64,000 bases of DNA from Candidatus Dormibacteria bacterium (GTDB lineage: Bacteria > Chloroflexota > Dormibacteria > DASZGP01), in contig JBHEMS010000061.1 in the NCBI GenBank assembly GCA_046262455.1, positions 51 to 64,050 of the forward strand. The letters run 5' to 3'. The notes beneath the pieces are model-generated. The model was not told the DNA's origin. It saw nothing but the letters and a program-made list of their open reading frames with translations, and searched no databases. Made by a program: the position numbers and the translations under genes. Shown here piece by piece: positions 63,478-64,000 of the stretch (its first letter is position 1; each line of letters begins with the position of its first letter).

Positions 63478-63902
63478 CGCCCCAGCAGCAGGGCCATGCC
63501 GATCCCCAGCAGGCCCCCGGCGTAGACCTCGACCGGGGTGTGTCCGATCAGCTCGCGCAGTCGCTCCTCGTTGATGCCCTGGGAGGTCAGAAGGTCGTCG
63601 AGGATGCGGTTGAGGGCGCGCGCCTGCCGGCCCACGGCGCGGCGCACGCCGGTCGCGTCGTACATCACCACCGCCGAGAACACCGCGCTGATGGCGAACT
63701 CCGCGCTGCCGACGCCCATGCGTCGCCCCACCAGGGTGGTCAGCGACAGGACCATCGCGGTATGGGAGCTGGGCATGCCCCCCGACGACCCCAGCCGGGC
63801 GATGTCCACACGGTGATGCCGGAGGGAGTCTGTCACCACCTTCAGGGCCTGGGCAAGCGCCCAGGCGATCAGGGGGATGACCAGGTAGGGGTAGTAGGTC
63901 AA
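63474..63902 (-). CDS. divergent PAP2 family membrane protein (DUF212)
   Basis: GSSGGMPSSHTAMVLSL...VVMYDATGVRR. TTG start with a TTGA overlap onto the upstream stop. Confidence 0.8.
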   Translation of the reverse strand: MTYYPYLVIPLIAWALAQALKVVTDSLRHHRVDIARLGSSGGMPSSHTAMVLSLTTLVGRRMGVGSAEFAISAVFSAVVMYDATGVRRAVGRQARALNRILDDLLTSQGINEERLRELIGHTPVEVYAGGLLGIGMALLLGR

Positions 63903-64000
63903 GCCTCGTCGTCGCCGTCCACCGGCACCTCGACAGCCTCTCCCCGAGCCCCCAGGACCAGCCGCTGCACCTTCTTCTCGGTCGCCTCCAGCAGGCCGGA
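63899..64000 (-). CDS. 3' end of a gene truncated by the window edge (possibly exodeoxyribonuclease VII small subunit)
   Basis: The reverse complement reads ...SGLLEATEKKVQRLVLGARGEAVEVPVDGDDEA*. This C-terminus is like XseB (..AEQRV..L..), and xseB-to-tlyA proximity is known from Bacillus. Only 33 codons are visible. Confidence 0.3.
   Translation of the reverse strand, partial: SGLLEATEKKVQRLVLGARGEAVEVPVDGDDEA

Noticed and set aside
1-64000. I searched for CRISPR arrays, tandem repeats, IS elements, rRNA and other structured-RNA genes.
   Set aside because: No regularly spaced direct repeats and no long inverted terminal repeats were seen. Intergenic regions are too short (at most 177 nt) to hold rRNA, tmRNA, RNase P or SRP genes. 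Only the tRNA-Val is supported.

Overview
This is a very GC-rich bacterial chromosomal segment. Gene order and a complete GlgE/trehalose cluster suggest an Actinomycetota-like lineage, but that cannot be proven from this window. I support about 60 protein-coding genes and one tRNA-Val(GAC). Nearly all lie on the minus strand, packed into long operons with many 4-nt ATGA/GTGA stop/start overlaps.

Content is overwhelmingly core housekeeping:
- rimP-nusA-ylxR, then ruvCAB-queA-tgt-secDF, yebC, tyrS and a class A PBP.
- thrS-(M29 aminopeptidase)-infC-rpmI-rplT-pheST-cvpA-mpg.
- A 15-kb alpha-glucan/trehalose supercluster: glgX-glgE-treS-pep2-glgB, divergent from malQ-treY-treZ.
- A long minus-strand run: xseB-like, DUF212, tlyA, nadK, HD, scpAB, rluB, cmk, plsC, phoH2, dinG, CN-hydrolase, nadE, rsmI, metG, tatD, rsmA, MFS.

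I found no rRNA, CRISPR array, transposase, integrase or prophage signal.

The only accessory-looking patch is about 41.1-46.7 kb, between treZ and tRNA-Val. It holds a translationally coupled Ser/Thr-kinase module with three uncharacterised partners, and the kinase ectodomain ends in a Cys-less C39-like domain. It also holds a tail-anchored di-iron protein paired divergently with a small zinc-ribbon protein. This is my best candidate for something undescribed, but the evidence is modest and I do not claim a clear novel system.

Other points worth a second look:
- Several genes (tgt, M29 aminopeptidase, possibly dinG, mpg and the PhnD-like gene) have conserved N-termini that extend upstream of any ATG/GTG/TTG.
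- infC has an ATC start and a structured leader with an intrinsic terminator.
- NAD synthetase is split into two genes.
- Two gene overlaps exceed 100 nt.

The many long antisense or alternate-frame ORFs in the track are high-GC artefacts.
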